DNA from: a virus
Lineage: Duplodnaviria; Heunggongvirae; Uroviricota; Caudoviricetes
Virus record (IMG/VR): IMGVR_UViG_3300042890_002891
Coordinates: 130,831-194,830 of that record
DNA length: 64,000 bases
Direction: 5' to 3' (one strand)
The number at the start of each line of letters is the position of its first letter. Position 1 is the stretch's first letter. The notes under the pieces are model-generated. The model made no database searches. It was given only the letters and a program-made list of their open reading frames with translations, and was not told where the DNA came from. The position numbers were made by a program, and so were the translations under genes. This document shows positions 1 through 9,885 of the stretch, piece after piece.

Positions 1-24
1 TCATTGCGACACAGTCAGATCAAA

Positions 25-714
25 TTAGGCCGCAGCGGTATCAGACGGTGCCAAAGCCACTGCGTTGGCCACACGACGGTCAGTATGCAGTCCAGCACTG
101 CGTTCATAGAATTTGTCCATTATTTCAGCAGCAGCGGCTGCTGATTGTGCAGCTTTTAATTTATTGCCCGCTGCTTTTTCTGTGTTGTTGAATTCCCACT
201 GTATGAATTCCAATTGATCTTGAAGACTGGATCCTTTTATAGGCCTGCCCATTTGTGCTTGAAAATCTTTCTGCCGTGGTGGGTGCCATTGAGCAATACC
301 GTATGCTTGGCCGCCATCGCCCACGGCTGCTGGATTGATATTTTTGCCTGACTCGGCCTGCAGATTGCCAACAATGCCCGCGGCCTGTGCTGCTGACCAA
401 CCCTGTTGTGTAAAGAACTTCAGGGCCGTGGCTGCATTGGCCGATGATCCGGCTGCTGTGGCAGGTGCAGTTGTTTGTCCGCGAGCAAATTCTCCCAGAT
501 TGGGCAATTTTATTTTGCTGCCCACAGTTATCTGCCCAGTGGCAGGAATGTCCGGATTCATGTAAAGCAGGCCGGACACAGTGGTGTCAGAGGCCTTGGC
601 CAATTTTTCCAGAGTGTCTCCTGCTTGCACAGAATACATTTTGCCCGGCACACTAGGATCCACAGCCTCGGCTAGAACTCTACTGCTGCGAGGCAAAAAA
701 TCACAAGATTTCAT
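25..714 (-). CDS. LysM domain + phage tail-lysozyme-like peptidoglycan hydrolase
   Basis: LysM pattern YSVQAGDTLEKLA...LLYMNP...ITVGSKIKLP; C-terminal AAGIVGNLQAESG...AYGIAQW...FYER typical of Phage_lysozyme2. Confidence 0.85.
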   Translation of the reverse strand: MKSCDFLPRSSRVLAEAVDPSVPGKMYSVQAGDTLEKLAKASDTTVSGLLYMNPDIPATGQITVGSKIKLPNLGEFARGQTTAPATAAGSSANAATALKFFTQQGWSAAQAAGIVGNLQAESGKNINPAAVGDGGQAYGIAQWHPPRQKDFQAQMGRPIKGSSLQDQLEFIQWEFNNTEKAAGNKLKAAQSAAAAAEIMDKFYERSAGLHTDRRVANAVALAPSDTAAA

Positions 715-715
715 G

Positions 716-1747
716 TTATCCTTTTAGCAAGGTGCTCAGGCGACGCATGCGGCTCACACTCTCTTCAAAATTTGATTCACGCACTGGGTTTGCCGGTGCT
801 GCGGCATTCTGGCGATCCCATGCAGCCTGTGCAGCGTAACCAGTACTTGGTCTCGGAGTAGCTGGTTTTGGTGCACCGCTGGTGCTGTGTGTTTTACCAT
901 ACTGTTGATCCCATGCCATCTGTGCAGTATAACCAGTGCTTGGTCTTGCTGGCGCATACATGGGGTTGCGAGGCATTGTATTAGTAGGGCCTAGTTTTTC
1001 GTTTGCCGGTGGTGTGGCATTCTGTGCCATTTGTGTAGCTGTAGGACCACCGGCACCACCACGACCGCTGCCTGCATCACCAGGTTTTGCAGCAGACAGA
1101 ATAGCACCGGAAGTGTTGGGTCCAATTTTACCGTCAGCAGGGAGGCCATTCTTTTGTTGAAAGGCCTTGATAGCTGCTGTGTCAGGTTGGCCATTCTTGT
1201 AAAGTCCCATACTGCTGGCATATCCCAGGATGGCTGGGCTGATTGTGGAACGGGCAGGTGCTTTGGCAGGAGGTGTAGTGGTTTGCACAGTATTTGCAGT
1301 ATTTGCAGCATTTGCTGCCACGGCTGCATCCACACCAGTCACATTGTCAGGCTCACCACTGGCTGCCACAGCATCAGCAACCGGAGTTGCTGCTGGTGCC
1401 GCTGCTGGTGCTGCTGCTGGTGCTGCTGCGGGTGCTGCTGCGGGTGCTGCCGCAACTGTTTCACCAGGTAATGGTGCAGGCAGTCTTGCCATGATATATT
1501 TGTCCATGGGATCCGCACCACCCAACCACTTTAGTTGGCTTGGTGTGAGACTGGCTCTTGCTGTGGCTGCATCAGGATACGGTGTTGCTGCCTGGGCTCC
1601 ACCACCAAGTGCGCTGGCAATTTTTCTACCAAAGCCCTTGATGGAATCCAGGTTTTTTGCACCTTGTGCTTGTTGTGCTGCAAATTCAGCATCTGTCATT
1701 GGTGTGCCATCGCGCCCGGCTTCGTTTAAAAATTCACTTGATCTCAT
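716..1747 (-). CDS. Ala/Pro-rich protein with peptidoglycan-binding domain and CTS-like N-terminus
   Basis: Start re-assigned to MRSSEFLNE (ATG 1747, TAAATA at 1783-1788); PG_binding_1 pattern AIKAFQQKNGLPADGKIGPNT. Confidence 0.75.
   Translation of the reverse strand: MRSSEFLNEAGRDGTPMTDAEFAAQQAQGAKNLDSIKGFGRKIASALGGGAQAATPYPDAATARASLTPSQLKWLGGADPMDKYIMARLPAPLPGETVAAAPAAAPAAAPAAAPAAAPAATPVADAVAASGEPDNVTGVDAAVAANAANTANTVQTTTPPAKAPARSTISPAILGYASSMGLYKNGQPDTAAIKAFQQKNGLPADGKIGPNTSGAILSAAKPGDAGSGRGGAGGPTATQMAQNATPPANEKLGPTNTMPRNPMYAPARPSTGYTAQMAWDQQYGKTHSTSGAPKPATPRPSTGYAAQAAWDRQNAAAPANPVRESNFEESVSRMRRLSTLLKG
1389..1448. repeat. 12-nt tandem repeat x5 encoding AAPA linker
   Basis: gctgc(t/g)ggtgc(c/t) five times in a row. 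Confidence 0.9.
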
Positions 1748-1790
1748 AGTTTTTCCTTTTTCGGATAGTCCGATTTGTTGTTTATTTATT

Positions 1791-2228
1791 CTATTTGCCC
1801 TGTGCTGCCAATCTTGCACCATTGTTAAAGCTGTTGCTGTAGCTCAGGGCACTGCGGTTACCTCGGGCCTTGGACCAGGCATAACCGGCTCTGTGACCCG
1901 AACAATCCTTGGTACAAGGTGAGCCCAGGAAACTGAGTTCATCCAATGGTGTAATCATTGGTTCCCAAGATTCCCCAGCGTCCCCGGCCTTTTGCTGGAC
2001 TGCTTGAATAGTTGCCATGGGATATTGTTTTTCAATTTTTTCCATGGCTTGATTATACATCTGAACTTGACTAACAACATCTGCTGCAGCCAGTGCGGTG
2101 TTTAGTCCGGGTATGAAGTAAAGCAATGTGGACAACAGTGGAAATTTATCCTTGAGTTCTGTGTAGGCATTTCCCTTGACTTCTTGCCCAGCAAATTTTG
2201 TTTCATGAATGAATTCACTGGCTCTCAT
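1791..2228 (-). CDS. Hypothetical protein with CTS-like N-terminus and C-terminal CTKDCSGHRAGY module
   Basis: ORF starts MRASEFIHE; ATGA overlap with upstream gene. Confidence 0.7.
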   Translation of the reverse strand: MRASEFIHETKFAGQEVKGNAYTELKDKFPLLSTLLYFIPGLNTALAAADVVSQVQMYNQAMEKIEKQYPMATIQAVQQKAGDAGESWEPMITPLDELSFLGSPCTKDCSGHRAGYAWSKARGNRSALSYSNSFNNGARLAAQGK

Positions 2229-5200
2229 TTGGCTGCTCCAAATACAGGACCGCTCACATACTGTCCCTGTTGATTCAGCACGCCAGATCTTAGTTGATCT
2301 ACCATGGCATCAGTGATGTGTCTGCGACGCATGTGTGGGACAATGATGTGTACTTCCACAGGATCGTTGCCTTCTTGCTCCAGAATACTGTGCATTCTGT
2401 GGCGGCCGTCATGATTACTCACATGTGCCATCTGGCTAAAATCTTCTGATTCCCAGGCTTCAGGAATCACCACTGTGAGCCAGGGTGCGCCCACGCCTTT
2501 TTCGTCCAGATTCTTTTTGATGTATTCAATGGTCTCACGCTCGTCTGCAGATTTGACATCTAGAGGCAACGCCAATTCCAAAAACATACTGGGACGCATG
2601 ACCACTTGCAGGCCTTGATATCCAATTTGTTGATTGTTGGGCACTGCTCCAATGCCCGAGGCATTGTTGATTTTTAGTTCATTTACAATCTGTTCGTTGG
2701 TATCTGAGCCATCGCTCTGAACCGGATACACCTCAGTTGGCACACTGATGCTGTTGGTTCTAACCCATTCACCTGCAATTCTATTGGCATCCACTTGACT
2801 GTTGCCTATGCCGCCAAATCTATACAATTCTTCTCCGGTGTTGCCATCTACAATTTTCCATTGGCCGTTCCAGAAGCCTCTGGGTTGTGCTATGGGGATA
2901 TCTATGTCAATGTCTTGCACTCCAGGAATTGGAGTGGGTGCTGCGGCTGCCTGGCGTTGGCGTTGTAGATCCAGGGTGCTGCCCGGGATCGGTGCACCAG
3001 GCTCTGTTACTGTTGTTCCATCCTCGCGTTCCAGTCGGTACCCGCCTTCACTTGGGTGACTGTAATTGTATATTTCCCATCGATCCAGGGCTTCCTCATC
3101 ACTACCAGCACGGAACGCCATGCGAGCCACGCTGCTTTGTGCATCGCTGATATAATAGTTTTGTGTCTGAAGAACGGGTCCTGCTAACTCAACACTGAAC
3201 TCATTGGTATTGATTCCAGGATTTTGTTGTTGCAAGTAACGATTAGCCAGGATCCGTGCTGTGTCGGCATCTGATGCTGCCACTGTGGTCACTGGCGTGC
3301 CTGCTGCATTTTTGACCACATAGCGTTGTCTTGATCCTGAGGTTGCTGCTGGCTCCTTGGTTGCTGCCGGCTCCGGAGCAGGATTCTTTTTCAGGCCACG
3401 TTCCAGCTGTGCCTGTTTCACAAAACTGCGCAGAGCAGCCTTGGGTATTTTGCCAGCCACATAGTCCACAAAGTAACGGATTGTGCTGTCGTCCTTGCTG
3501 TCAGCAGTCAGCAACTTGTACAATTTCTTCTGATACTCTTGACGATACTTTTCAGGATCAACCGCAGCATCCAGAGCCACAACAAATCTCAACAGGGTAG
3601 GTTCAATCAGGTCAAAGTTGTCACCCAACCAGTCGCCGCCGGGACTGCGGAATTCCACATAGCCGTCTTTGGTATTGATACTGGTGTACTTGGCAGTGGT
3701 GCCCGAGTGAATGGCCTTGGTAGCAAGACTATCCATGTTGGCTTTCATCTTGGTCAACAGTGCAGCCGCAGGGCCAGGATTTGATCTTATGTTGTCCTTG
3801 ACAATCTTCATGGCACTCTTGGCATAGGTATTGCCTGCACGACCAAAATTTTCCAGCACTCGCTCGTCACCCAGCAGCACAGCCAGTTTCACAAAGTCCA
3901 GTTTTTCTTGGCTAAAGCCCGGCACACTCACGTTGATGTGCAGACCAGTTGAGTCATTGGTATAACAGCCTGTGCGATTTGCCCAGGCACGGACCTTGTT
4001 CAGATCACTCAGCATTTCATCTATGGGCAAGGGCGGACTCACAAACTCCAGGCCTTGGTCGTCATCACTGTCAGGATCAAGACTGCCATCGGGTTCAACC
4101 ACATAGCGTCCGGCCTCGCGGCGCCCACCATGATATCGATCACTGGCATTGACCGGACGGCCAATTGCGTCACTGAAGTCGTCGCCTACCTGATTGATGT
4201 CAACATTGGATTCGGGGTCAGTGTAGTAGGGCCATGAAATGGTGTATTCACGCAACACATCACTCATTTGGTCAATACCAATATCATTCAACCAGGTGGA
4301 TTCTGTCCAGTCACCTTGCATGTCGGATTCGTATACTTCTCGGGCAGATTCATAGATCGAGCTGTCGTCTTGCGCCAACCATTGTTCTTCAACAAATTCT
4401 TCCAGCATTGCACCTGTGCGCTTTTCAATCATTTGATCACGTTCTGCTTCGGGCAGCTCTCGATAGAACAAATCTTGTTCCAGTTCTTCACGGGCAGTGG
4501 CTTCGGCTTCGCCGCCATCAAACTCGCTGTTGTTCACAACATAGTCACGCAAGAAATCGCGGCCTTCTTCATACCAGCCTTCACTGATCTTTTCAAATTG
4601 CCACTGGCGGAAGTCTTCGTACAACTTGTCGTTGAGTCTGCGAATGTCGCCCCTGCTGTTGTAGTCGCCGTCGTCAAAAAAACGAACAATGTCGTCAATG
4701 TCATTGGCAGACTCGTCACGATCCATGTCCTCTTCAGCGTCACCGCCGCCTTCTCCGGGCACAATCATTTCAAATTCCATACCTGCCAGGGCACCTGTCT
4801 TGGCAGCTTCTCGTCGTAGATTCTTGCTGCCCATGTTGATTTCAAACAGGTCCTGTTCTTCAAATAATTCTAGCTCACGTGCCAGACTTTCTGCCAAGGT
4901 GTTGGTGGGTTTCATCAACAGTGCAGGATGTCCCTGTGCGTCTGTTTGCAATCCAAGTTTGTTGGCTTCTTTGCCCACAGCACCTGGACGCACGTCTCGG
5001 GTCAGGGCCATGACAAAGCGAGGATCGCGGGCTTGTTTCTTTGTAGGGATGTAGCCTGATGCTTCTTCTAGTGTGACACCATCAAACATCTCAGGTTGCT
5101 CATCGGCCCAGTCTCGCATGATACGACCTGCCATGGCATTGGCTTGATCTTCATACGGGCTACCTGTTGCACCAGCATCCAAGGGCAACGGCTCGCGCTC

Positions 5201-6262
5201 GTCCTGTTGACGATGTGTCATTTCATGTGCCATGGTGCGAAGTATGTCCAGCACATGGCGACCCGATGTGGCCAAGATCAAGGTGTTTGAGTCTGGATCA
5301 TACTGTCCAAAGCTGCCATTTTCTTGACTCCATTCAGGAGTGGTTTCCAGTCTCAGCTCGGGTGGATTTTCCAGTTGCAGTTTGTTCACACAGCTGGAAT
5401 AGAAGCGATTCAAGATTTTTCGAAGTTGATCAGGATCTGTGCTTTCGTCCACCTGTTCGGCTTCGGTGCCAGCAGGATGATCTTGGCCAGCATAGGCCGT
5501 GCCCGGATACCAGTAATCACGCATGCCATAGTTGACTGTTTTTCGTTCACGAGGTCGTGTGTTGAGACTGAGTTCTTGATCTCTAGCTGCTGTCTTGGCA
5601 GCCAGCAGGTCGGCAATGCAGCCTTTATTGCGTAGCAGTTTGAACGCAATGTTTTCGCAGCCAAACTCGCCGTTTTTCTCCAGACCTGTCTGGCGCATGG
5701 TCTTGATCTTGTTCCAGAGCGAGTCTATGGCTTCGAGATTTTTTGTTTTTATGGCAGCATGAATTCTGGCGTCAAGGTCAGCTGTTTTGCTTTGCACACA
5801 GTTGTCATCAATCTTGGCTCGTCGGCGTTGTGGCACCTGCAGCCAGTCAGAGTTTTTTACACTGTAGATGCCCTGTGAGTGATGTGCTTGATCAGCAGGT
5901 TGCACATAGAGTTCTACATCTGCGCCGCCAATGCGAATGTTGTGCGTGTCGTTGTATTGATATTTCTTGGCATCAAACAGTTCTTGATACACAGGATCAT
6001 CGGGCATTTCTACCACCAGATGCAGGTCAATGTCTGAATTTGCAGTGTAGGAATAAGCAGCGTTGGAGCCGCTGAGTGTGATGTCTACCAGCTTGAGATC
6101 ATCCACACCCAGAAACTCTCGGAAGTCATCGGCCACTGCCAGCAGTTTTTGTTGAACCTCAGGCAGCAGGTGCTCGTCTGTGCCCCACAATGCAGGGTTC
6201 AGACGGCGATGGAATTTTACAGCATCTGCAAGATTAAAGGAGTTCAGTTCGTTGATGTTCAT
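2225..6262 (-). CDS. 1345-aa multidomain protein: Pol-beta-type nucleotidyltransferase + HExxH metallopeptidase-like + amidoligase + ParB-like domain
   Basis: LSGSNAAYSYTANSDIDL (GS/DxD), AHEMTH, DGSL...GLEFVSPP...STGLHINVS...VEFRSPGG (Amidoligase_2 motifs), NHDGRHRM; TAAATA at 6271-6276. Confidence 0.75.
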   Translation of the reverse strand: MNINELNSFNLADAVKFHRRLNPALWGTDEHLLPEVQQKLLAVADDFREFLGVDDLKLVDITLSGSNAAYSYTANSDIDLHLVVEMPDDPVYQELFDAKKYQYNDTHNIRIGGADVELYVQPADQAHHSQGIYSVKNSDWLQVPQRRRAKIDDNCVQSKTADLDARIHAAIKTKNLEAIDSLWNKIKTMRQTGLEKNGEFGCENIAFKLLRNKGCIADLLAAKTAARDQELSLNTRPRERKTVNYGMRDYWYPGTAYAGQDHPAGTEAEQVDESTDPDQLRKILNRFYSSCVNKLQLENPPELRLETTPEWSQENGSFGQYDPDSNTLILATSGRHVLDILRTMAHEMTHRQQDEREPLPLDAGATGSPYEDQANAMAGRIMRDWADEQPEMFDGVTLEEASGYIPTKKQARDPRFVMALTRDVRPGAVGKEANKLGLQTDAQGHPALLMKPTNTLAESLARELELFEEQDLFEINMGSKNLRREAAKTGALAGMEFEMIVPGEGGGDAEEDMDRDESANDIDDIVRFFDDGDYNSRGDIRRLNDKLYEDFRQWQFEKISEGWYEEGRDFLRDYVVNNSEFDGGEAEATAREELEQDLFYRELPEAERDQMIEKRTGAMLEEFVEEQWLAQDDSSIYESAREVYESDMQGDWTESTWLNDIGIDQMSDVLREYTISWPYYTDPESNVDINQVGDDFSDAIGRPVNASDRYHGGRREAGRYVVEPDGSLDPDSDDDQGLEFVSPPLPIDEMLSDLNKVRAWANRTGCYTNDSTGLHINVSVPGFSQEKLDFVKLAVLLGDERVLENFGRAGNTYAKSAMKIVKDNIRSNPGPAAALLTKMKANMDSLATKAIHSGTTAKYTSINTKDGYVEFRSPGGDWLGDNFDLIEPTLLRFVVALDAAVDPEKYRQEYQKKLYKLLTADSKDDSTIRYFVDYVAGKIPKAALRSFVKQAQLERGLKKNPAPEPAATKEPAATSGSRQRYVVKNAAGTPVTTVAASDADTARILANRYLQQQNPGINTNEFSVELAGPVLQTQNYYISDAQSSVARMAFRAGSDEEALDRWEIYNYSHPSEGGYRLEREDGTTVTEPGAPIPGSTLDLQRQRQAAAAPTPIPGVQDIDIDIPIAQPRGFWNGQWKIVDGNTGEELYRFGGIGNSQVDANRIAGEWVRTNSISVPTEVYPVQSDGSDTNEQIVNELKINNASGIGAVPNNQQIGYQGLQVVMRPSMFLELALPLDVKSADERETIEYIKKNLDEKGVGAPWLTVVIPEAWESEDFSQMAHVSNHDGRHRMHSILEQEGNDPVEVHIIVPHMRRRHITDAMVDQLRSGVLNQQGQYVSGPVFGAAK

Positions 6263-6270
6263 ACGAACTG

Positions 6271-6276
6271 TATTTA
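6271..6276 (-). promoter_or_regulatory. T4-like late promoter core TAAATA (representative copy)
   Basis: The same hexamer lies about 5-40 nt upstream of minus-strand starts at 1783, 6271, 8893, 9887, 14615, 15992, 19307, 26202, 29320, 30726, 31842, 33065, 39452, 41821, 47643, 48596, 49259 and 55109; further upstream at 18720; on the plus strand at 33177. Confidence 0.75.
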
Positions 6277-6279
6277 CCG

Positions 6280-7203
6280 TTACTCAACAGTAGCAGTTTC
6301 TTGCTTGATTTTCTTTCGGCTGCTGGCAATGACCGTGGCTTCCACAGCCACTTCTGGCGCAGCCACTGGTGTTGCACTGGTGTCCACGATTTGCGGCTGT
6401 GCTGCTGCCTGATTGCTCAGAGCCATTTGATGCAGATCTTGATAGAGCTTGTCCTGTGTTTGATAGTCAAACACATAGGTGCCTGTGTGTTTGAGCAACA
6501 CACGCTTGTCAACCCAGACTTGTCCACCAATATCACGCCAGTTTTCACAGAATGTCCAGTCTTCTGAGTAATAGCGATTTTCACGCACTGCTGTGTCAAA
6601 GTAGGTTTTCATGTAGATATTCAACACAGGATCAAGTCCAATGTCATTGGTAAAGGATTTTACCGCAGGGTGAGCATTGAGTTTGTCAAATACATCACGT
6701 TTGATCAGCAAAAAGCCTGTGCCAGTTTTGGTAACTTCGATCAGGCCCGACGGATCGTTTTGATCAGCATCAGGAATACCGTTCACACACCACTTGATTG
6801 GCAGGCTCTTCATGGGGTACAGGCCGCCGATCACGTCTTTTTGTGCATTCAACATCACCAACAGGTGCCAGGGTTCCCAGCCAATGTCAGCGTCGATAAA
6901 CATCAGGTGTGTGCTTTCTTTGGTGTGCAGGAACTTGGCAGTGAGAGTGTTTCTGGCACGGCTGATCAGACTTTCATTGGTCATTGTTTCCACTGTCCAG
7001 TCAATGCCAAGTTGTCTTGCAACATTGGCCCACTTGATAAAGCTCATGAATGTGCTTTCAGTCAACTGGCCACCATAGCAGGGCATGCATATGTGGACTC
7101 GGGTGGTTTTCAAGTAGTCAATGTTGACTTGAATACTTTGTTGACCACCATTTTGGTCCACAGGTGATGCGTTCTGATAAGGTAATTGTTGTTCGTCTGC
7201 CAT
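6280..7203 (-). CDS. Glycosyltransferase-like protein (GT-A fold)
   Basis: HICMPCYGG...ESLISRARN...HLMFIDADIGW...GTGFLLIKR...SEDWTFC. Confidence 0.75.
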   Translation of the reverse strand: MADEQQLPYQNASPVDQNGGQQSIQVNIDYLKTTRVHICMPCYGGQLTESTFMSFIKWANVARQLGIDWTVETMTNESLISRARNTLTAKFLHTKESTHLMFIDADIGWEPWHLLVMLNAQKDVIGGLYPMKSLPIKWCVNGIPDADQNDPSGLIEVTKTGTGFLLIKRDVFDKLNAHPAVKSFTNDIGLDPVLNIYMKTYFDTAVRENRYYSEDWTFCENWRDIGGQVWVDKRVLLKHTGTYVFDYQTQDKLYQDLHQMALSNQAAAQPQIVDTSATPVAAPEVAVEATVIASSRKKIKQETATVE

Positions 7204-7263
7204 TTGTTACTCCGTAAAATAGTATTTCTATTTACAGAGTATAACAGGCCACCAGATTTTTTT

Positions 7264-8886
7264 CTACCTGGATTCGTCCAGATAATCTGCAGAATCGTCA
7301 GCCTGTTGTTTCAGCGACTGAATCTTTGTTTTCAAGCTGGCAATCTCTGCGGCCATGCGTCGAATCTTTTGATCCATCTCATGATCATCCACATTGCTGT
7401 GCATGAGACTGCGTTGCACCCACTTGTCAAACGCTGATTCAGGGTCTGCTGCCAGGTTGGGATAGTGGCGTTTGGCATAGTTCTTGATGGCATTTAGTTC
7501 AGAGTCATTGGTTTGATTGCTGGCTTCGTTGACACCTTGTGCAATTGCTTCTCTGGCCTGGCGTTCATTTTCTGCTTTGAATTTTTGTATAGCTTGACTG
7601 TCAGTGAGTTGTCCACGATCCAATGCTTGCCAAATTGATAAATCAAATGTAAGAAGTTTTTTTTGTACGGCTTGTGCAAAACTAAGTTCATTGGTGCCGC
7701 GGCCCTGCCAATCAGGCTTCTGGCCCCATACAACTGATATAGACCTATCGTCGGGCAGTGTAATCCTCATACGCTCGCCGTAAAATACATATTTACTACC
7801 TTGCCAGGTAAAAGCAAGATCGCCATTCACTGTTCGTCCCATGCTCCAGCCATGCTTTTTAATCAAAGCATCAACTGCGGCTTGATCTGCATTTTCAGCC
7901 ACATGTGTGTTAGAGACTTCCGCCACACCTTGCTCTTTTATATTAAATATTTTCTTTGCTTTATCATTGAGATTGCTGGGTCTAATAAGTTTAGCAGGTA
8001 TTGTTTTTGCTTGGGACTGTATTGCCTTATGTAGTCTATGGTTGCCATCGAGTATCCAGGCTATTTGATCTTGCTCATCTACCATTATTAAAATAGGAAA
8101 TTGTTTAGACACTGTTACTTGATTAACTCTTTCCATTTCTTCTGGGTTACCGTCCCAATGAAGTAGTTTACTCTTTAGATTATCGTTTATCGGTAAATTT
8201 ATTTGTTTAATGTGTTTGGTTAATTCTAAAATATCCTGTAGTGTAATTTTATCTGTGCCTTTGGACCAACTTGAGTCGGCACCGCCTTCCGCCATATCTT
8301 GTGCTTCTGCACCCATGGCAGTGTCCAGCATGTCAACCACATTGGCCGCCAACTTGGGATTGCTTTGTGTCTCAGGATACAGGCTCATCACCAGGGCTGT
8401 CTTGCGTTTGGGGTTGAGAGTGGGCCATGCCGATCGTATTTCTGTGGCTGATGTCATACCGGGCCCAAACTCCACTGTGGGCAGGTAAGCCATGTAGGCA
8501 TGCTGAGTCATTGGAGCCATGTCATCACTGATGGGTTGCAGATATGCAGGCGTGCCATCTTTCTTGGTAGCACCTGCCACAGGAGGCTTGTCAGCGTCTT
8601 TTTCACTGCGAACAAAGATCAACTGTGTGTCTGCAGGATTGTAACTCTTGGTAATCTCATCCGCACGGAATGGGCTTTTGACTTGATAGAACTTTCCAGG
8701 AGGAACACCGGCCAGTTGTGCTAGTTTTTCTTTGAGTTTGAACGGAAATGGTCGAGCAGAAGTGTCGTTGGTGGCCGCTACCTTGACATCAGCGCCAGGA
8801 AAAGCCTGCTCAGCAGATTGATACAGTGCTAGGTGGCCTGCGTGAAAAGGGTGAAATCCACCAGGCATGATGACTAATTGTTTCAT
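7264..8886 (-). CDS. Modular protein: HIGH-motif nucleotidyltransferase + ParB-like module + unknown modules joined by QxxAE-type linkers
   Basis: PGGFHPFHAGH; ILDGNHRL; linkers QDMAEG, QGVAEV, QGVNEA. Confidence 0.7.
   Translation of the reverse strand: MKQLVIMPGGFHPFHAGHLALYQSAEQAFPGADVKVAATNDTSARPFPFKLKEKLAQLAGVPPGKFYQVKSPFRADEITKSYNPADTQLIFVRSEKDADKPPVAGATKKDGTPAYLQPISDDMAPMTQHAYMAYLPTVEFGPGMTSATEIRSAWPTLNPKRKTALVMSLYPETQSNPKLAANVVDMLDTAMGAEAQDMAEGGADSSWSKGTDKITLQDILELTKHIKQINLPINDNLKSKLLHWDGNPEEMERVNQVTVSKQFPILIMVDEQDQIAWILDGNHRLHKAIQSQAKTIPAKLIRPSNLNDKAKKIFNIKEQGVAEVSNTHVAENADQAAVDALIKKHGWSMGRTVNGDLAFTWQGSKYVFYGERMRITLPDDRSISVVWGQKPDWQGRGTNELSFAQAVQKKLLTFDLSIWQALDRGQLTDSQAIQKFKAENERQAREAIAQGVNEASNQTNDSELNAIKNYAKRHYPNLAADPESAFDKWVQRSLMHSNVDDHEMDQKIRRMAAEIASLKTKIQSLKQQADDSADYLDESR
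7523..8301 (-). repeat. Three copies of the ~17-nt linker repeat (consensus CAAGGTGTGGCGGAAGG)
   Basis: Copies at 7523-7539, 7917-7932, 8285-8301, all in frame. Confidence 0.8.
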
Positions 8887-8901
8887 ACCCAGTATTTAGC
8901 T

Positions 8902-9336
8902 CTACATGTTTTCTAGCATCCAGATATAGATCGGGGTAGTAAACTTCAGAGTCACAGTGCCGTTGCAGCCCAGTTCGCCATAGAACTTGTGAACCGATAG
9001 TTCTCCTGAGCCGTTGAAATTGTGTTGATATTCAGCGAGATCTGGCACCAGTTGATTCAGTGCAATGCCATCAAATTCAATGTCGCTCACAGAAATTCTA
9101 GCGTCGCTGATAATCGTGTTGTTGGCATCCACCTGGGTGTGTTCACTCAGTTTGTTTTTTAACACCAAGCGCAATTCGTGCTCACCGTCATTGTCTGAAA
9201 TATCTGCACTGAATTTGTGACTTTCTTGAACATGTGCCTGATCAAACAGTTTCTGATTGTCTATCCAAATTTCCATGCCCAAGGGCACAGCAGCCGTGGT
9301 AGGTGTAATAGTGCAACTAAAACTAACAGTGGTCAT
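8902..9336 (-). CDS. Hypothetical protein
   Basis: Contiguous ORF; start re-assigned to MTTVSF next to the upstream stop. Confidence 0.6.
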   Translation of the reverse strand: MTTVSFSCTITPTTAAVPLGMEIWIDNQKLFDQAHVQESHKFSADISDNDGEHELRLVLKNKLSEHTQVDANNTIISDARISVSDIEFDGIALNQLVPDLAEYQHNFNGSGELSVHKFYGELGCNGTVTLKFTTPIYIWMLENM

Positions 9337-9337
9337 G

Positions 9338-9712
9338 CTAGTAGGTGGCCTGTACAGTTTCAATAATGCCGTCAGTGAAATTTGTTACCACGGCCCGTAG
9401 CCATGTGAAATTTCCCGTGACTGTTTGATAGTAGGTATCAGTTATTGTGGTAGAGTCAGCAGTGGATCCATCGCCGTATGCAGCAACATCAAACCAGCGT
9501 GAATCTGCAGGATCAGGATCCAGCGTGGCCTGCACAGTTACTTCGCCTTGAACGCCGCGAAATACCCAACGCAGAGTTTGTACGCCGCCACGTCCGCGAT
9601 AGTAATTGGCTGCTTTTTGTGGCGTGCCAATAAAATCTTCAGAGCTGCCATCGTAGTTGCCTGATGGCACACCGTATTCGGTATAAGACAGCAGGGCAAC
9701 AGTAGTAGTCAT
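9338..9712 (-). CDS. Hypothetical beta-rich protein, possibly virion-associated
   Basis: ORF coupled to the upstream stop; GNFTWLRA ending. Confidence 0.6.
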   Translation of the reverse strand: MTTTVALLSYTEYGVPSGNYDGSSEDFIGTPQKAANYYRGRGGVQTLRWVFRGVQGEVTVQATLDPDPADSRWFDVAAYGDGSTADSTTITDTYYQTVTGNFTWLRAVVTNFTDGIIETVQATY

Positions 9713-9879
9713 TATGCAGGTACAATTTCTACAATGGTACCGTCACCAGCTAGAGCTTCTACCACTGAAGCAATTTCAGCGAGATTTTCCGGGGTCAGGG
9801 GTAGTGCAGAGGATTGGTCCGTGTTGGGCACCAATTTGCTCACAGTAATCACAAGGGTTTGTTCAATAAGTTTTGCCAT
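9712..9879 (-). CDS. Small hypothetical protein (55 aa, MAKLIEQTLVITVSKL...)
   Basis: Hand-translated; TAAATA at 9887-9892; stop overlaps next ATG. Confidence 0.6.
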   Translation of the reverse strand: MAKLIEQTLVITVSKLVPNTDQSSALPLTPENLAEIASVVEALAGDGTIVEIVPA

Positions 9880-9885
9880 AGTCTT

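Noticed and set aside
936-1922. Long plus-strand ORFs (e.g. 1230-1922, 46638-47405, 51569-52345)
   Set aside because: Antisense shadows of repetitive or codon-biased minus-strand genes, with no RBS or recognisable motifs.
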